Part shown: piece by piece, positions 30,242 through 38,693 of the stretch
How the letters are laid out: each line of letters opens with the position of its first letter
Position numbering within the stretch: the stretch's first letter is position 1
Source: Candidatus Brocadiia bacterium
Lineage (GTDB): Bacteria > Planctomycetota > Brocadiia > SM23-32
Assembly (NCBI GenBank): GCA_046538485.1
Contig: JBKHIT010000040.1
Coordinates: forward strand, 1 to 44,375
Reading direction: 5' to 3'
DNA: 44,375 nucleotides
Translations under genes and position numbers: made by a program
Notes under the pieces: model-generated
What the model saw: the letters and a program-made list of their open reading frames with translations, nothing else
Told to the model about the DNA's origin: nothing
The model's database searches: none

Positions 30242-32209
30242 CTATTTACTCGTCTGTGTCGCCTCGCAGATACCGCCTTCGCAGAAACGGGCTTCCAGGG
30301 ATTCTTCGTGCTCAAGTTTTCCTTGAAGCGGTTTAACTGTCCCTTTCATTTTTTCATATTTTTGTTTGGAGATCTCTTCGTAGGGCGGTTGTTCGTAACC
30401 GTGTTCCCTGGAGGGGAGAAAAACCAGCGCTTTCAAGCGGTTTTCGTAGGCTTCGAGGATGCGGGGAATTTGCCGGCCTTCGGATTCAGGATCGAACTCG
30501 GCCGTGATACTGACCTGATTGTCAGACCAGTAGTATTGCATTTGCGCGGCAAGGTCGACTTTTTCACGGAGGGGAACTTCTGATTTCGAGCGTTCCAGAC
30601 CTTCGATGTGGACCGGGAACGATACCACCACGGTGTTGTCGGCATAACGGTCGGGTTCGACTTCGTATCCCGCTTCCTTGCACATCTCGACCATGGGATG
30701 GTTTTCGGAAACGCGAACTCGGCGGACGTAGTACGGCGCATGTTCCCAGTGGACTCCAGGAGTGGCGCCAGCCAGCAGGCTGACCGTCCCCGACGGTTTG
30801 ACGGATGTTGTTTTGATCGATCGGGGTGTGCACAACCAATCGGAATATTTGGCGTCGAGATGCTGGATGAAATCGTATGATTTGTCGCACCAGCGAAAGA
30901 ATGAACGGTACCCGATACGGTTGATCGCCTGCACGATACCCGTCATCGAGCAACCGATCCGGCGGTTGCGTCCCATGACGGCGTTTGTCTTTTTCTGCTG
31001 CGTCGGAACCAGGGTCACAGTTTTCGCGTACTGGAAGGCAACGCGGAGGGTTTCCTTGAAGTCTTCAAGGTTTTCATGGTGGGCGGGGTACGTTTCCACC
31101 AGACAGCACAGTTCCCTGTCCCAGAGGGTCTGTTCGACGCAGGGGTTGGTGCCCATGGCCGCTGAATCGGCTTCATTGGGAGCATCTTTCATCCGGCCGT
31201 ACGACCGGGCATTTTCCAGCCACAGGTATCCCGGTTCCCCGTTGTCGATCGTTCGTTGTGCGGCGTAGTCGTAGTCCATTCCGACGGTAGCGAGGATGGA
31301 ATTGTTGGAGACCCAGCGGTAATCCGCGACTTTGTCTTCGTCCTGTTTCAAATCCAGGAACTGTCGGTCATCGGCCTCGCCGAGGGCAACCTGCGCCGAG
31401 CGCCTGATACCTCCAGCGACCACGCAGCGTCCGATGATATTCATGGTATCGACGATGAGGCGGGAATCGACTTTTTGTCCGGCGTATTGATTGTAAAGTT
31501 CTTCGAGACTTTCGAGCATTCGACGGAGCGGCTCGGGTCCGCTGGCGATACCTCCGAAACTTTCCAGAGGAGTGCCTTTGGGACGGATTTCGCTGTAGTC
31601 CCAGTCTAAGGGTAGGGGCGTGCCGTTGGCGTAGGCACTCAGCAGTTTTCCCAGCGCTTCGGCCCAACCTTCGCGGCTATCAGGGATCGTGAATGGTTTT
31701 TCGGATTGTTCTGGCCGCTGGATCTTGACTTTACCTTTGCCGCGGGTATCGAAACCGACCCCGACACCGAGCATCGACATGCGGAGCATCCAGATGAACG
31801 GGGCGGCGTAGTCGTGGTGGAGTTCGGAGGTTGAGACGAACCCGCAGTTGTTGAGAGCCGCGCCTCCCCGGTCGTACATAAACTGTGTGCCCATCATCCA
31901 GAGGCCACGGCCGGGCGGGGTCCACTTGAACTGGAACATCCGCTCGTATGCTTTACGGGCAAAATTTCGTGCCTTTTTTTCATCCCACGGGAGCGCGCGT
32001 TCCTGGCAATGCACTTTCTGCACCGTGAACATGCCTTCGATGACGCGGCGACAGGTTTGCCACCATTTTTCGCCCTTCCGGCTGTAGGTGCGTTTGAAGG
32101 TAATCCACGAAAGCGCGCCGAATCCCCACGGCACATCGAGGTCGTGGTAATGTCGCAAAAAATCGTCTTGCAGCTCAAAAGGGCCGTATCTGTCGACCTC
32201 AATGATCAT
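30242..32209 (-). CDS. nrdJ: Class II (adenosylcobalamin-dependent) ribonucleotide reductase, monomeric type
   Basis: PPGRGLW, ALNNC, GGIRRSA, GTNPCVEQ, CCLVE, VKPSGTVS, C-terminal CEGGIC; RBS GAGGAG before ATG 32209. Confidence 0.92.
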   Translation of the reverse strand: MIIEVDRYGPFELQDDFLRHYHDLDVPWGFGALSWITFKRTYSRKGEKWWQTCRRVIEGMFTVQKVHCQERALPWDEKKARNFARKAYERMFQFKWTPPGRGLWMMGTQFMYDRGGAALNNCGFVSTSELHHDYAAPFIWMLRMSMLGVGVGFDTRGKGKVKIQRPEQSEKPFTIPDSREGWAEALGKLLSAYANGTPLPLDWDYSEIRPKGTPLESFGGIASGPEPLRRMLESLEELYNQYAGQKVDSRLIVDTMNIIGRCVVAGGIRRSAQVALGEADDRQFLDLKQDEDKVADYRWVSNNSILATVGMDYDYAAQRTIDNGEPGYLWLENARSYGRMKDAPNEADSAAMGTNPCVEQTLWDRELCCLVETYPAHHENLEDFKETLRVAFQYAKTVTLVPTQQKKTNAVMGRNRRIGCSMTGIVQAINRIGYRSFFRWCDKSYDFIQHLDAKYSDWLCTPRSIKTTSVKPSGTVSLLAGATPGVHWEHAPYYVRRVRVSENHPMVEMCKEAGYEVEPDRYADNTVVVSFPVHIEGLERSKSEVPLREKVDLAAQMQYYWSDNQVSITAEFDPESEGRQIPRILEAYENRLKALVFLPSREHGYEQPPYEEISKQKYEKMKGTVKPLQGKLEHEESLEARFCEGGICEATQTSK

Positions 32210-32338
32210 GGCTTGCGCGCTCCTCATTATGCTTTCGAGGCGACTGCCGCGACAAAGTAATGCATTTTAACATCAGTGGGCCGATCAGTGCCAGACGAAG
32301 GAACCCTTGTTGGGAGTCAATGAACTTGTTCGCCCGAT

Positions 32339-32354
32339 GGCTATTTGTTGTGGG
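32339..32354 (-). promoter_or_regulatory. Possible NrdR box
   Basis: CCCACAACAAATAGCC upstream of nrdJ resembles the acaCwAtATaTwG consensus; no clear second box. Confidence 0.3.
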
Positions 32355-32731
32355 ATGTCAGCCTACTGGTATTTTTTGCCTCTCTGTTACGCAGGTTTCC
32401 ACGGACTTCCAGCTTTCACGTCGGCAGCCAAGGGGATACGATTTTACCGGAAAGCTAAGTTTTGAAATATCTTATGACTACAGAACCGAAAAAGAGAACT
32501 GAGCCGGAGGCCATCAAAGTCTATGGTAAGCAATGGAGTCGGTGTTGCCGATTGGCAAAAGGAGTCTTATTTGACCGCCAGACTACTCACATACAGGAAT
32601 TCGTGCCCGGGTTTGCACTGGAACAAGATGCGGTTACAATGAGCCGCATTGTGACCGTGTCTCGGTGAAGCAATCCCGTGCGTTGCGGGATTAAACTTGT
32701 TTTCCGTACTCATTTCTCAGAGGTAGAAGCA

Positions 32732-33766
32732 GTGGCGAAATTCGATCAAGCAAACGATATCAAAGTTGGTGTAATTGGTTACGGTGGCGCGTTCAATATG
32801 GGCCAGCAGCACCTGAACGAGATGAAGAAGGCCGGGATGACTCCGGTTTCGGTGGCGGATCTCGATGAAGAACGCCTGCAGGTGGCCGAAGAGGATTTTC
32901 CCGGGATCGAAACATACACGTCGTCTGCAGAGATGCTGGATAAATCGGATGTCAATCTCGTGGTGATTATTACCCCACATAATACGCACGCCGAGTTGGC
33001 TCTCCAATGCCTGAACGCTGGACGTCACGTGGTCTGCGAAAAACCGCTGGCGATTACCACCGAGGAATGCGACCAGATGATCGAGGCAGCGAGGTCAAAT
33101 GATGTTATCCTCTCGACTTACCATAACCGCCACTGGGACGGCTGCATTTTGCGCGCGGTCGAACAAATACGCGACCAAGGCGTTATCGGGGAGGTTCTGC
33201 GGATTGAGGCCCATATGGGCGGTTACGGGCAACCGGGAGACTGGTGGCGTAGTAGCAAAAGCATTTCGGGAGGGATTCTTTACGACTGGGGCGTTCATCT
33301 TCTCGAATACAGCCTCCAGATCCTTGATGGAAACATCACAGAAGTAAGCGGCTATGCTGTGAGCGGACACTGGGGCTCGGAGACGAAATGGAAAGAGGAT
33401 ACCAATGAAGACGAGGCAACTGCAATTGTTCGTTTCGATAATGGGCAACTTCTTTCTCTGCGCATGACGAGTATCGATAGCAATCCGAAAGAAGGTCAGC
33501 TTGAGATTACCGGAACGAATGGGACATACATTTTTGAAGGGGGTTCTTGGAAGACGATCACCCATGAAAACGGAACGCAGGTAATCCGCAAGGGCAACAA
33601 TCCCCAGAGCGAGGGATGGCGTTTCTATCAGAATATTGCCGACCATCTCACGGGAGACGAACCGTTGATCATCACCGCTGAATGGGCTCGCCGGCCTATT
33701 CATATCCTCGACCTGGCGAATAAAAGCGCGCAGAGCGGTGAGGCCGTCGAAGCAACTTACCAGTAA
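32732..33766 (+). CDS. Gfo/Idh/MocA family oxidoreductase
   Basis: VGVIGYG, ITPHNTH, CEKP, HNRHWD, GGILYDWGVH; GTG start chosen. Confidence 0.92.
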   Translation: MAKFDQANDIKVGVIGYGGAFNMGQQHLNEMKKAGMTPVSVADLDEERLQVAEEDFPGIETYTSSAEMLDKSDVNLVVIITPHNTHAELALQCLNAGRHVVCEKPLAITTEECDQMIEAARSNDVILSTYHNRHWDGCILRAVEQIRDQGVIGEVLRIEAHMGGYGQPGDWWRSSKSISGGILYDWGVHLLEYSLQILDGNITEVSGYAVSGHWGSETKWKEDTNEDEATAIVRFDNGQLLSLRMTSIDSNPKEGQLEITGTNGTYIFEGGSWKTITHENGTQVIRKGNNPQSEGWRFYQNIADHLTGDEPLIITAEWARRPIHILDLANKSAQSGEAVEATYQ

Positions 33767-33984
33767 TCGAAGAAAGACGGCTTTTCTCGGATTTCAGCAA
33801 GATATCCACGTCTTCTTGAGGAAACGCACATACGTGCCAGTTTGTTTTTCTGTGAAACTTGAAGTGTCTCTGAGGAGCTAAGCGCTGAAAGAGCTATTTG
33901 CGTTTATCAGAAATATTGGCACAGTCGGGACTTAGCCTGGCCGGAAAAAAGTTTTTACCCCACAATTGTAGGTTGAATCCTTAA

Positions 33985-34290
33985 GCACGTCCGGGCAAGC
34001 CCGGCGGATTTGTAAGCGGGTTCCAACCCGCGAGCGGACTGGACTTCAGCCGGAGGCTGGAGTTCAGAACGCGGTGCAGAAACCTGCGAACCCCGCAGCA
34101 CAAAGACCAACAACGAACGGCAGGTCCGCCTCGGCGATGCGGACCGACAGCTACCTGGCATTTTCCGGCATCTGTCCGCCTCAAGTCCAGTTTCGCCCGC
34201 CGGGGCGGGCTCAGCTGAACTCGAGTCTGCAGGATACGCGGTCGAGAAGCGGGGTTGCAAGCTTACAGAATGATTGAGACCAGACATAAG
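33985..34290 (-). ncRNA. Candidate structured non-coding RNA or REPIN-like element (unassigned)
   Basis: Many hairpins plus long-range helices; G-U pairs and a CUUG loop favour the minus strand. Confidence 0.45.
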
Positions 34291-34295
34291 TTTAT

Positions 34296-34350
34296 GTTAC
34301 AACAACCTTTAACGACTTTTCCGCAGGAAACTTGAGGAATTTGCGCTCGG
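34296..34350 (-). repeat. 55-bp dispersed repeat, copy B
   Basis: Inverted copy of 25076-25130. Confidence 0.9.
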
Positions 34351-34443
34351 TGCAATGGGAACAGGCAGCACGATTTTCGGGAAATGTACGGCTATCAGCA
34401 CCCGCAGGGCCCACAGCACAAATCCCTCCTGAAAAACGGAACC

Positions 34444-34472
34444 TTGACCAGCCCACCAGAGTTAGCTAAAGT
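34444..34472 (+). promoter_or_regulatory. Putative sigma70 promoter of tRNA-Ser (possibly also moaC operon)
   Basis: TTGACC-17 nt-TAAAGT. Confidence 0.6.
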
Positions 34473-34539
34473 AAATGTGTGAAAGGGACGGTGAAAATTG
34501 TGTTGTTTCACCGTTTTTCGTGCTGGTTTTCTTTGCGGC

Positions 34540-34630
34540 GGAGGAGTGGCCGAGCGGACGAAGGCGAAGGTTTTGAAAACCTTTGTCCCGCCCAGCGGGA
34601 CCGGGGGTTCGAATCCCTCCTCCTCCGCCA
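34540..34630 (+). tRNA. tRNA-Ser(TGA)
   Basis: GGAGGAG/CTCCTCC acceptor stem, anticodon arm AAGGT-TT-TGA-AA-ACCTT, long variable arm, GGTTCGAATCC, G73 and CCA. Confidence 0.95.
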
Positions 34631-34653
34631 TCTCATTTTTGCGGGATTCGACC

Positions 34654-35112
34654 ATGAGTGACGAACCACTCCGCGAAGGTATGGTAGATGTTTCGGAGCG
34701 CGGCGAGTCGGACCGGCGCGCTGTGGCGGAAGGCCTGCTTGTTGCGGATCCAGAAACACTTGAAGCTATTCGCCGGAACGATTTGCCTAAGCCCGACCCG
34801 CTCGAAACGGCCCGGGCGGCGGCTTTGCTGGCCATCAAAGATACCCCGCGCCTGGTCCCGCATTGCCACCCAATCCGACTCACCGGGGCAGAAATTCATT
34901 TTGAACTGAGCCGGGATACGGTCCGCCTCCGGTGCGAAGTGCGCGTGATGGACCGCACGGGGCCGCCGATGGAGGCCCTGCAGGGTGTGACCACGGCGCT
35001 TCTGACGCTTTACGATATGATCAAAGCGCTCTGTCCATCGGCGCATGTCGAGAACGTGAGGGTCCTTGAAAAAACCGGCGGGCGTAGCGGCCACTGGCAA
35101 GCGGAGGACTGA
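34654..35112 (+). CDS. moaC: Cyclic pyranopterin monophosphate synthase MoaC
   Basis: MVDVS, RRAVAEG, KDTPRLVPHCHP, TGPPMEAL, TLYDMIKA, EKTGGRSG. Confidence 0.93.
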   Translation: MSDEPLREGMVDVSERGESDRRAVAEGLLVADPETLEAIRRNDLPKPDPLETARAAALLAIKDTPRLVPHCHPIRLTGAEIHFELSRDTVRLRCEVRVMDRTGPPMEALQGVTTALLTLYDMIKALCPSAHVENVRVLEKTGGRSGHWQAED

Positions 35113-35113
35113 A

Positions 35114-35590
35114 ATGCCTGAAGAAGGGACCATTGTGGAAGTGTGTATTTCTCGCAAAAAGGGTGCGCTAAAACACCCCGTGGGTGAAGCGAGTCTACTG
35201 CCCGATTACGGTATCGAAAATGATGCTCATGCCGGGCCGGGGCCGAAACAGGTCAGCATTTTGTGCGAGTCCAGCGCGGCTAAATTGGAGGACGAAGGCG
35301 TGGAACTGACTCCGGGAGTCTTTGCTGAAAATTTGCGGATCAAAGGTCTTGACGCCTCAGATTTTCCGCTCGGCGCGGAGATCCGCACCAGTTCCGGCGC
35401 CCGGCTTGAGGTCAGTCAGATCGGCAAAGAATGCCATTCCGATTGTGCGATCGCCCGGCAGGTGGGCCGGTGTGTGATGCCGACGGAAGGTGTTTTCGCG
35501 CGGGTTCTCGAAGGGGGCGCAATTCGTTCAGGCGATACTCTGGAGGTATTCCCCGATGGATCTGAAAGTGGCGGTGCTGGTGACAAGTGA
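35114..35590 (+). CDS. MOSC domain protein
   Basis: VCISRKKG, GIENDAHAG, PGVFAEN, QIGKECH, CVMPTEGVF. Confidence 0.9.
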   Translation: MPEEGTIVEVCISRKKGALKHPVGEASLLPDYGIENDAHAGPGPKQVSILCESSAAKLEDEGVELTPGVFAENLRIKGLDASDFPLGAEIRTSSGARLEVSQIGKECHSDCAIARQVGRCVMPTEGVFARVLEGGAIRSGDTLEVFPDGSESGGAGDK

Positions 35591-36029
35591 CAGAATTGCC
35601 GCGGGCAAGGCGGAGGACAAAAGCGGCAAAATCGCCCGGGAAATCCTGCGGGATGTCGGGGAGGTCGTTGAGAAATGCGTCGTGCCGGATGAAACCGAAG
35701 AAATCCGGGAGAGCCTGCTCGCATGGTGCGGCAGTGATATCGATATCATCGTGACAATCGGAGGGACGGGCCTTTCACCACGGGATCGGACCGCGGAAGT
35801 TACGGCGTCTCTGATCGAAAAGGAAGCCAGCGGTATCAGCTGCGCGCTGATTATGCGTGGTTTACAGGATACGCCAAAGGCCATGCTTTCCTGCGGGACA
35901 GCGGGGATTCACAACGATACACTGATCGTAAATTTGCCCGGCAGCACCTCAGCGGTGGAAGATTACCTCGAGTATCTGCGAGACGTCCTGCCCCACGCGG
36001 TTGAGATGATGCACGGGGGCGGGCACTGA
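35556..36029 (+). CDS. MogA/MoaB family molybdopterin adenylyltransferase
   Basis: VTSD, EDKSG, VVPDE, GGTGLSPRDRT, NLPGS. Confidence 0.9.
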   Translation: MDLKVAVLVTSDRIAAGKAEDKSGKIAREILRDVGEVVEKCVVPDETEEIRESLLAWCGSDIDIIVTIGGTGLSPRDRTAEVTASLIEKEASGISCALIMRGLQDTPKAMLSCGTAGIHNDTLIVNLPGSTSAVEDYLEYLRDVLPHAVEMMHGGGH

Positions 36030-36150
36030 GAGAAGAGCTGCCGAATTTCGGCCGACAACCTTGCGATGGACTCGGAGGCCATCCAGAGCCACGGGCGGCC
36101 CCCGGCCACCGCAACGACCCACAGCGCAAATTCCTTCGAACGGGTTTTCC

Positions 36151-36179
36151 TTGACACTTTCCGATGCCTTCGCTATAGT
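36151..36179 (+). promoter_or_regulatory. Sigma70 promoter of the rpsB-tsf operon
   Basis: TTGACA-17 nt-TATAGT. Confidence 0.8.
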
Positions 36180-36185
36180 ATTGGC

Positions 36186-36337
36186 TACAGCCCACCGCAA
36201 GGTGGGTGTTCTTTCTTCTACCGCACCTCACGGTCCGACGCTGAGCGTCCCCCAATGTGCCACCTCGTGTCTGACGGTGTGTGCGGGGAATCTGGATATT
36301 ACAAACGGCACATGTTTTTTCGAATGAGGAGTTTCGC
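36186..36337 (+). promoter_or_regulatory. Structured rpsB 5' leader (probable S2 autoregulatory element)
   Basis: CCCACC-GCAA-GGTGGG hairpin; ATGTGCC (36255)/GGCACAT (36307) pairing; position between promoter and rpsB. Confidence 0.5.
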
Positions 36338-37243
36338 TTGCCCATCAGTGTTGAGGAACTCATAAAAGCTGGCGTACACTTCGGGCATAGGACGAGTCGT
36401 TGGAACCCGAAGATGAAGCCGTATATCTTCAAGCGACGCAACCTGATACATATCATTGACCTGCGAGAGACAATTCGCGGTTTGGTGACTGCGAAAAAGG
36501 TCACCGCTGCAATTGCCGAAAAGGGCGAATACGTTCTGTTTGTGGGAACCAAACATCAAGCCCGTCCAATTGTCAAAAGAGAAGCCCAACGTTGTGGTAT
36601 GCCTTATGTGACCGAGCGTTGGCCGGGCGGGTTGCTGACGAATTACGTGACGATCAGGCAGCGGCTTGAACGTCTGGAGGAACTCGAAGAACTCGAGCGA
36701 ACCGGTGAGATTCAAAATTACAGCAAGAAGATGATCTCTTCGTTCCGGCGCGAGAAGCGAAAAATTGAGCGCAATCTGGGAGGCGTGCGCGAGATGGACC
36801 GCCTGCCGGGCCTAGTTGTTATGGTCGATCCGGAACGTGAAAACATTGCTGTGCGGGAATGTGTAAAACTCGAAATCCCAACGATTGCCTGGATCGATAC
36901 TAACGGAGACCCTGAAGATATCGATGTGGTGGTGCCTGCCAATGATGATGCCATCGGGTCGATCGAAATTTTTGTTTCCCGAATGGCTGATTCGGTTCTT
37001 GAGGGGCGGGAACGAGCGGAATTGCCCTTAGAGGTGCCGGAAAAAATAGAGGAAGTGCCCGAACCCGAGCAGAAAGAAGAGCCCGAGGACGAGCAAGAAC
37101 CTGAAGAAGAAAAAGAACCTGAAGAGGAACCTGAAACAGAACAGAAATCCGAAGAAGATCCGGAAGCGGAAGAAGCAGAAGCAGAATCGACCGAAGAGAT
37201 TGTGAGCGAAGCCGAAGAGGGTGCTGAAGAAACGACACAGTAA
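36338..37243 (+). CDS. rpsB: 30S ribosomal protein S2 with acidic C-terminal extension
   Basis: AGVHFGH, WNPKMKPYIF, VGTK, RWPGGLLTN, PANDD; TTG start after GAGGAG. Confidence 0.97.
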   Translation: MPISVEELIKAGVHFGHRTSRWNPKMKPYIFKRRNLIHIIDLRETIRGLVTAKKVTAAIAEKGEYVLFVGTKHQARPIVKREAQRCGMPYVTERWPGGLLTNYVTIRQRLERLEELEELERTGEIQNYSKKMISSFRREKRKIERNLGGVREMDRLPGLVVMVDPERENIAVRECVKLEIPTIAWIDTNGDPEDIDVVVPANDDAIGSIEIFVSRMADSVLEGRERAELPLEVPEKIEEVPEPEQKEEPEDEQEPEEEKEPEEEPETEQKSEEDPEAEEAEAESTEEIVSEAEEGAEETTQ

Positions 37244-37299
37244 TTCGACAGACTCTATCTGGTGTGGCAACTATCTCCACCGACGAACGGGAGAGATGT

Positions 37300-37902
37300 A
37301 TGGGCGTAAGTGCTAATGAAGTGAAGGAACTGCGAGACAAAACGGGTGCTGGACTTATGGACTGCAAACGAGCACTCGTTGAGGCTGAAGGTGATCAGGA
37401 TGAAGCGATTCGTGTGCTGCGAGAGCGAGGAATGGCTGAGGCCGAGAAAAAACGCGCGCGAACCGCTGAAGAAGGCATCATTTGCCAGTATATCCATCCC
37501 GACGACAAGCTGGGAGTGTTACTTGAACTGAACTGCGAGACGGATTTCGTGGCGCGGAATGAAGAATTCCAGAATCTGGGCCGCGAGATTTGTATGCAGA
37601 TAGCCGCGATGGATCCCATGGTCGTGCGGCGCGAAGAGGTCTCAGACGAGGTCATCGAACGAGAAAAAGAAATTTATGCTCAGCAGGTCGACGATAAACC
37701 TGATCATGTCATCGACCAGATTGTCGAAGGCAAGCTTGAAAAATTCTTTTCCACCAATTGCCTTGTCGATCAGGCCTGGATTCGGGACGATGCAAAAACA
37801 ATCGGCGAGATTGTCGACGAAGCGATCGCGAAAATGGGCGAAAAAATCAAGATCCAGCGTTTCGTGCGGATGGAAGTGGGGGAAGAACACAGCGAGGACT
37901 GA
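37300..37902 (+). CDS. tsf: Elongation factor Ts (short form)
   Basis: VKELRDKTGAGLMDCKRAL, ELNCETDFVA. Confidence 0.97.
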   Translation: MGVSANEVKELRDKTGAGLMDCKRALVEAEGDQDEAIRVLRERGMAEAEKKRARTAEEGIICQYIHPDDKLGVLLELNCETDFVARNEEFQNLGREICMQIAAMDPMVVRREEVSDEVIEREKEIYAQQVDDKPDHVIDQIVEGKLEKFFSTNCLVDQAWIRDDAKTIGEIVDEAIAKMGEKIKIQRFVRMEVGEEHSED

Positions 37903-37969
37903 GTGTGAGCGCCAGTCCTTCCAGTGAAAGCGTCTGCGCCCGCCGCGTATAACGGAACGGAGAGCCGCG

Positions 37970-38692
37970 ATGAAAGATGGTGGTAGTTATTCAAGGGCGC
38001 TCGTCAAAATCAGCGGGGGAGCTTTCGGACGGGAGGGCGCAAGCGGATTCGACAGGGAACAGCTAAATTACGTCTGCGGGGAAATCAAGGACGGTCTTGA
38101 AGTCTGCCCGGAACTGGCCGTTGTTGTGGGCGGCGGGAACATCATGCGAGGAGCCAGCTTCCAATCGGGTGGGCCGGGACGTTTGCGTGCCGACTCTGCC
38201 GGTATGCTTGCCACTATCGTGAACGGTCTTATCGTCAAAGATTGTTTTCTGCAGCAGGGGGTTGAAGTTGCTTTATACAGTGCATTGCCGGTGCCAGAAA
38301 TTGCCCCTGGGTTCGACCGCGACAGTTGCGATACAGATCTCAAGGGGGGAAAAATTGTTTTGTTGGCGGGAGGGACCGGTAATCCGCTTTTTACGACCGA
38401 TACAGCCGCAGCCCTGCGAGCTGTCCAGCTGGAAGCCGAAGTCGTTTTGAAAGCGACCCGGGTCGATGGCGTTTATAGTGCCGATCCGGAAGTTGACAAC
38501 GATGCCACATTTTACGAGCACCTCCAATACGACCGAGTTCTGGCCGATCGTCTCGGCGTAATTGATCTTTGCGCTGTCTCACTTTGCATGGAACACTCGC
38601 TACCGGTCCGCGTGTTCAACTACAAAACTCCAGGAAATCTGCGAAGAGCACTGGCGGGCGAATCCGTTGGGACTCTCATAGGGGAAAAATAG
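37970..38692 (+). CDS. pyrH: UMP kinase
   Basis: KISG, VVGGGN, GTGNPLFTTDTAAALRA, VDGVYSADP. Confidence 0.96.
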   Translation: MKDGGSYSRALVKISGGAFGREGASGFDREQLNYVCGEIKDGLEVCPELAVVVGGGNIMRGASFQSGGPGRLRADSAGMLATIVNGLIVKDCFLQQGVEVALYSALPVPEIAPGFDRDSCDTDLKGGKIVLLAGGTGNPLFTTDTAAALRAVQLEAEVVLKATRVDGVYSADPEVDNDATFYEHLQYDRVLADRLGVIDLCAVSLCMEHSLPVRVFNYKTPGNLRRALAGESVGTLIGEK

Positions 38693-38693
38693 A

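Noticed and set aside
32228..32700. Cobalamin riboswitch upstream of nrdJ (also checked before cobD)
   Set aside because: No B12-box or GGGAA...GCCACUG pattern found on either strand by eye.
33955..34287. 110-aa minus-strand ORF and overlapping short ORFs
   Set aside because: No RBS or recognisable motif; composition reflects GC-rich palindromes.
33985..34290. Group I intron, RNase P, 6S or tmRNA identity for the structured element
   Set aside because: P-like (AUGCCGGAAA) and S-like strings occur but no correctly placed R/P7 partner. No GAGGAAAGUCC and no tRNA-like ends.
34296..34331. 36-nt GTT...GAAAC sequence resembling a CRISPR repeat
   Set aside because: Only two copies, 9 kb apart and inverted. 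Similarity extends beyond the 36 nt, and there are no spacers or cas genes.
34600..34630. tRNA 3'-end duplication (att site) indicating an integrated island
   Set aside because: No second copy of either tRNA 3' end was noticed, and no integrase is in the window.
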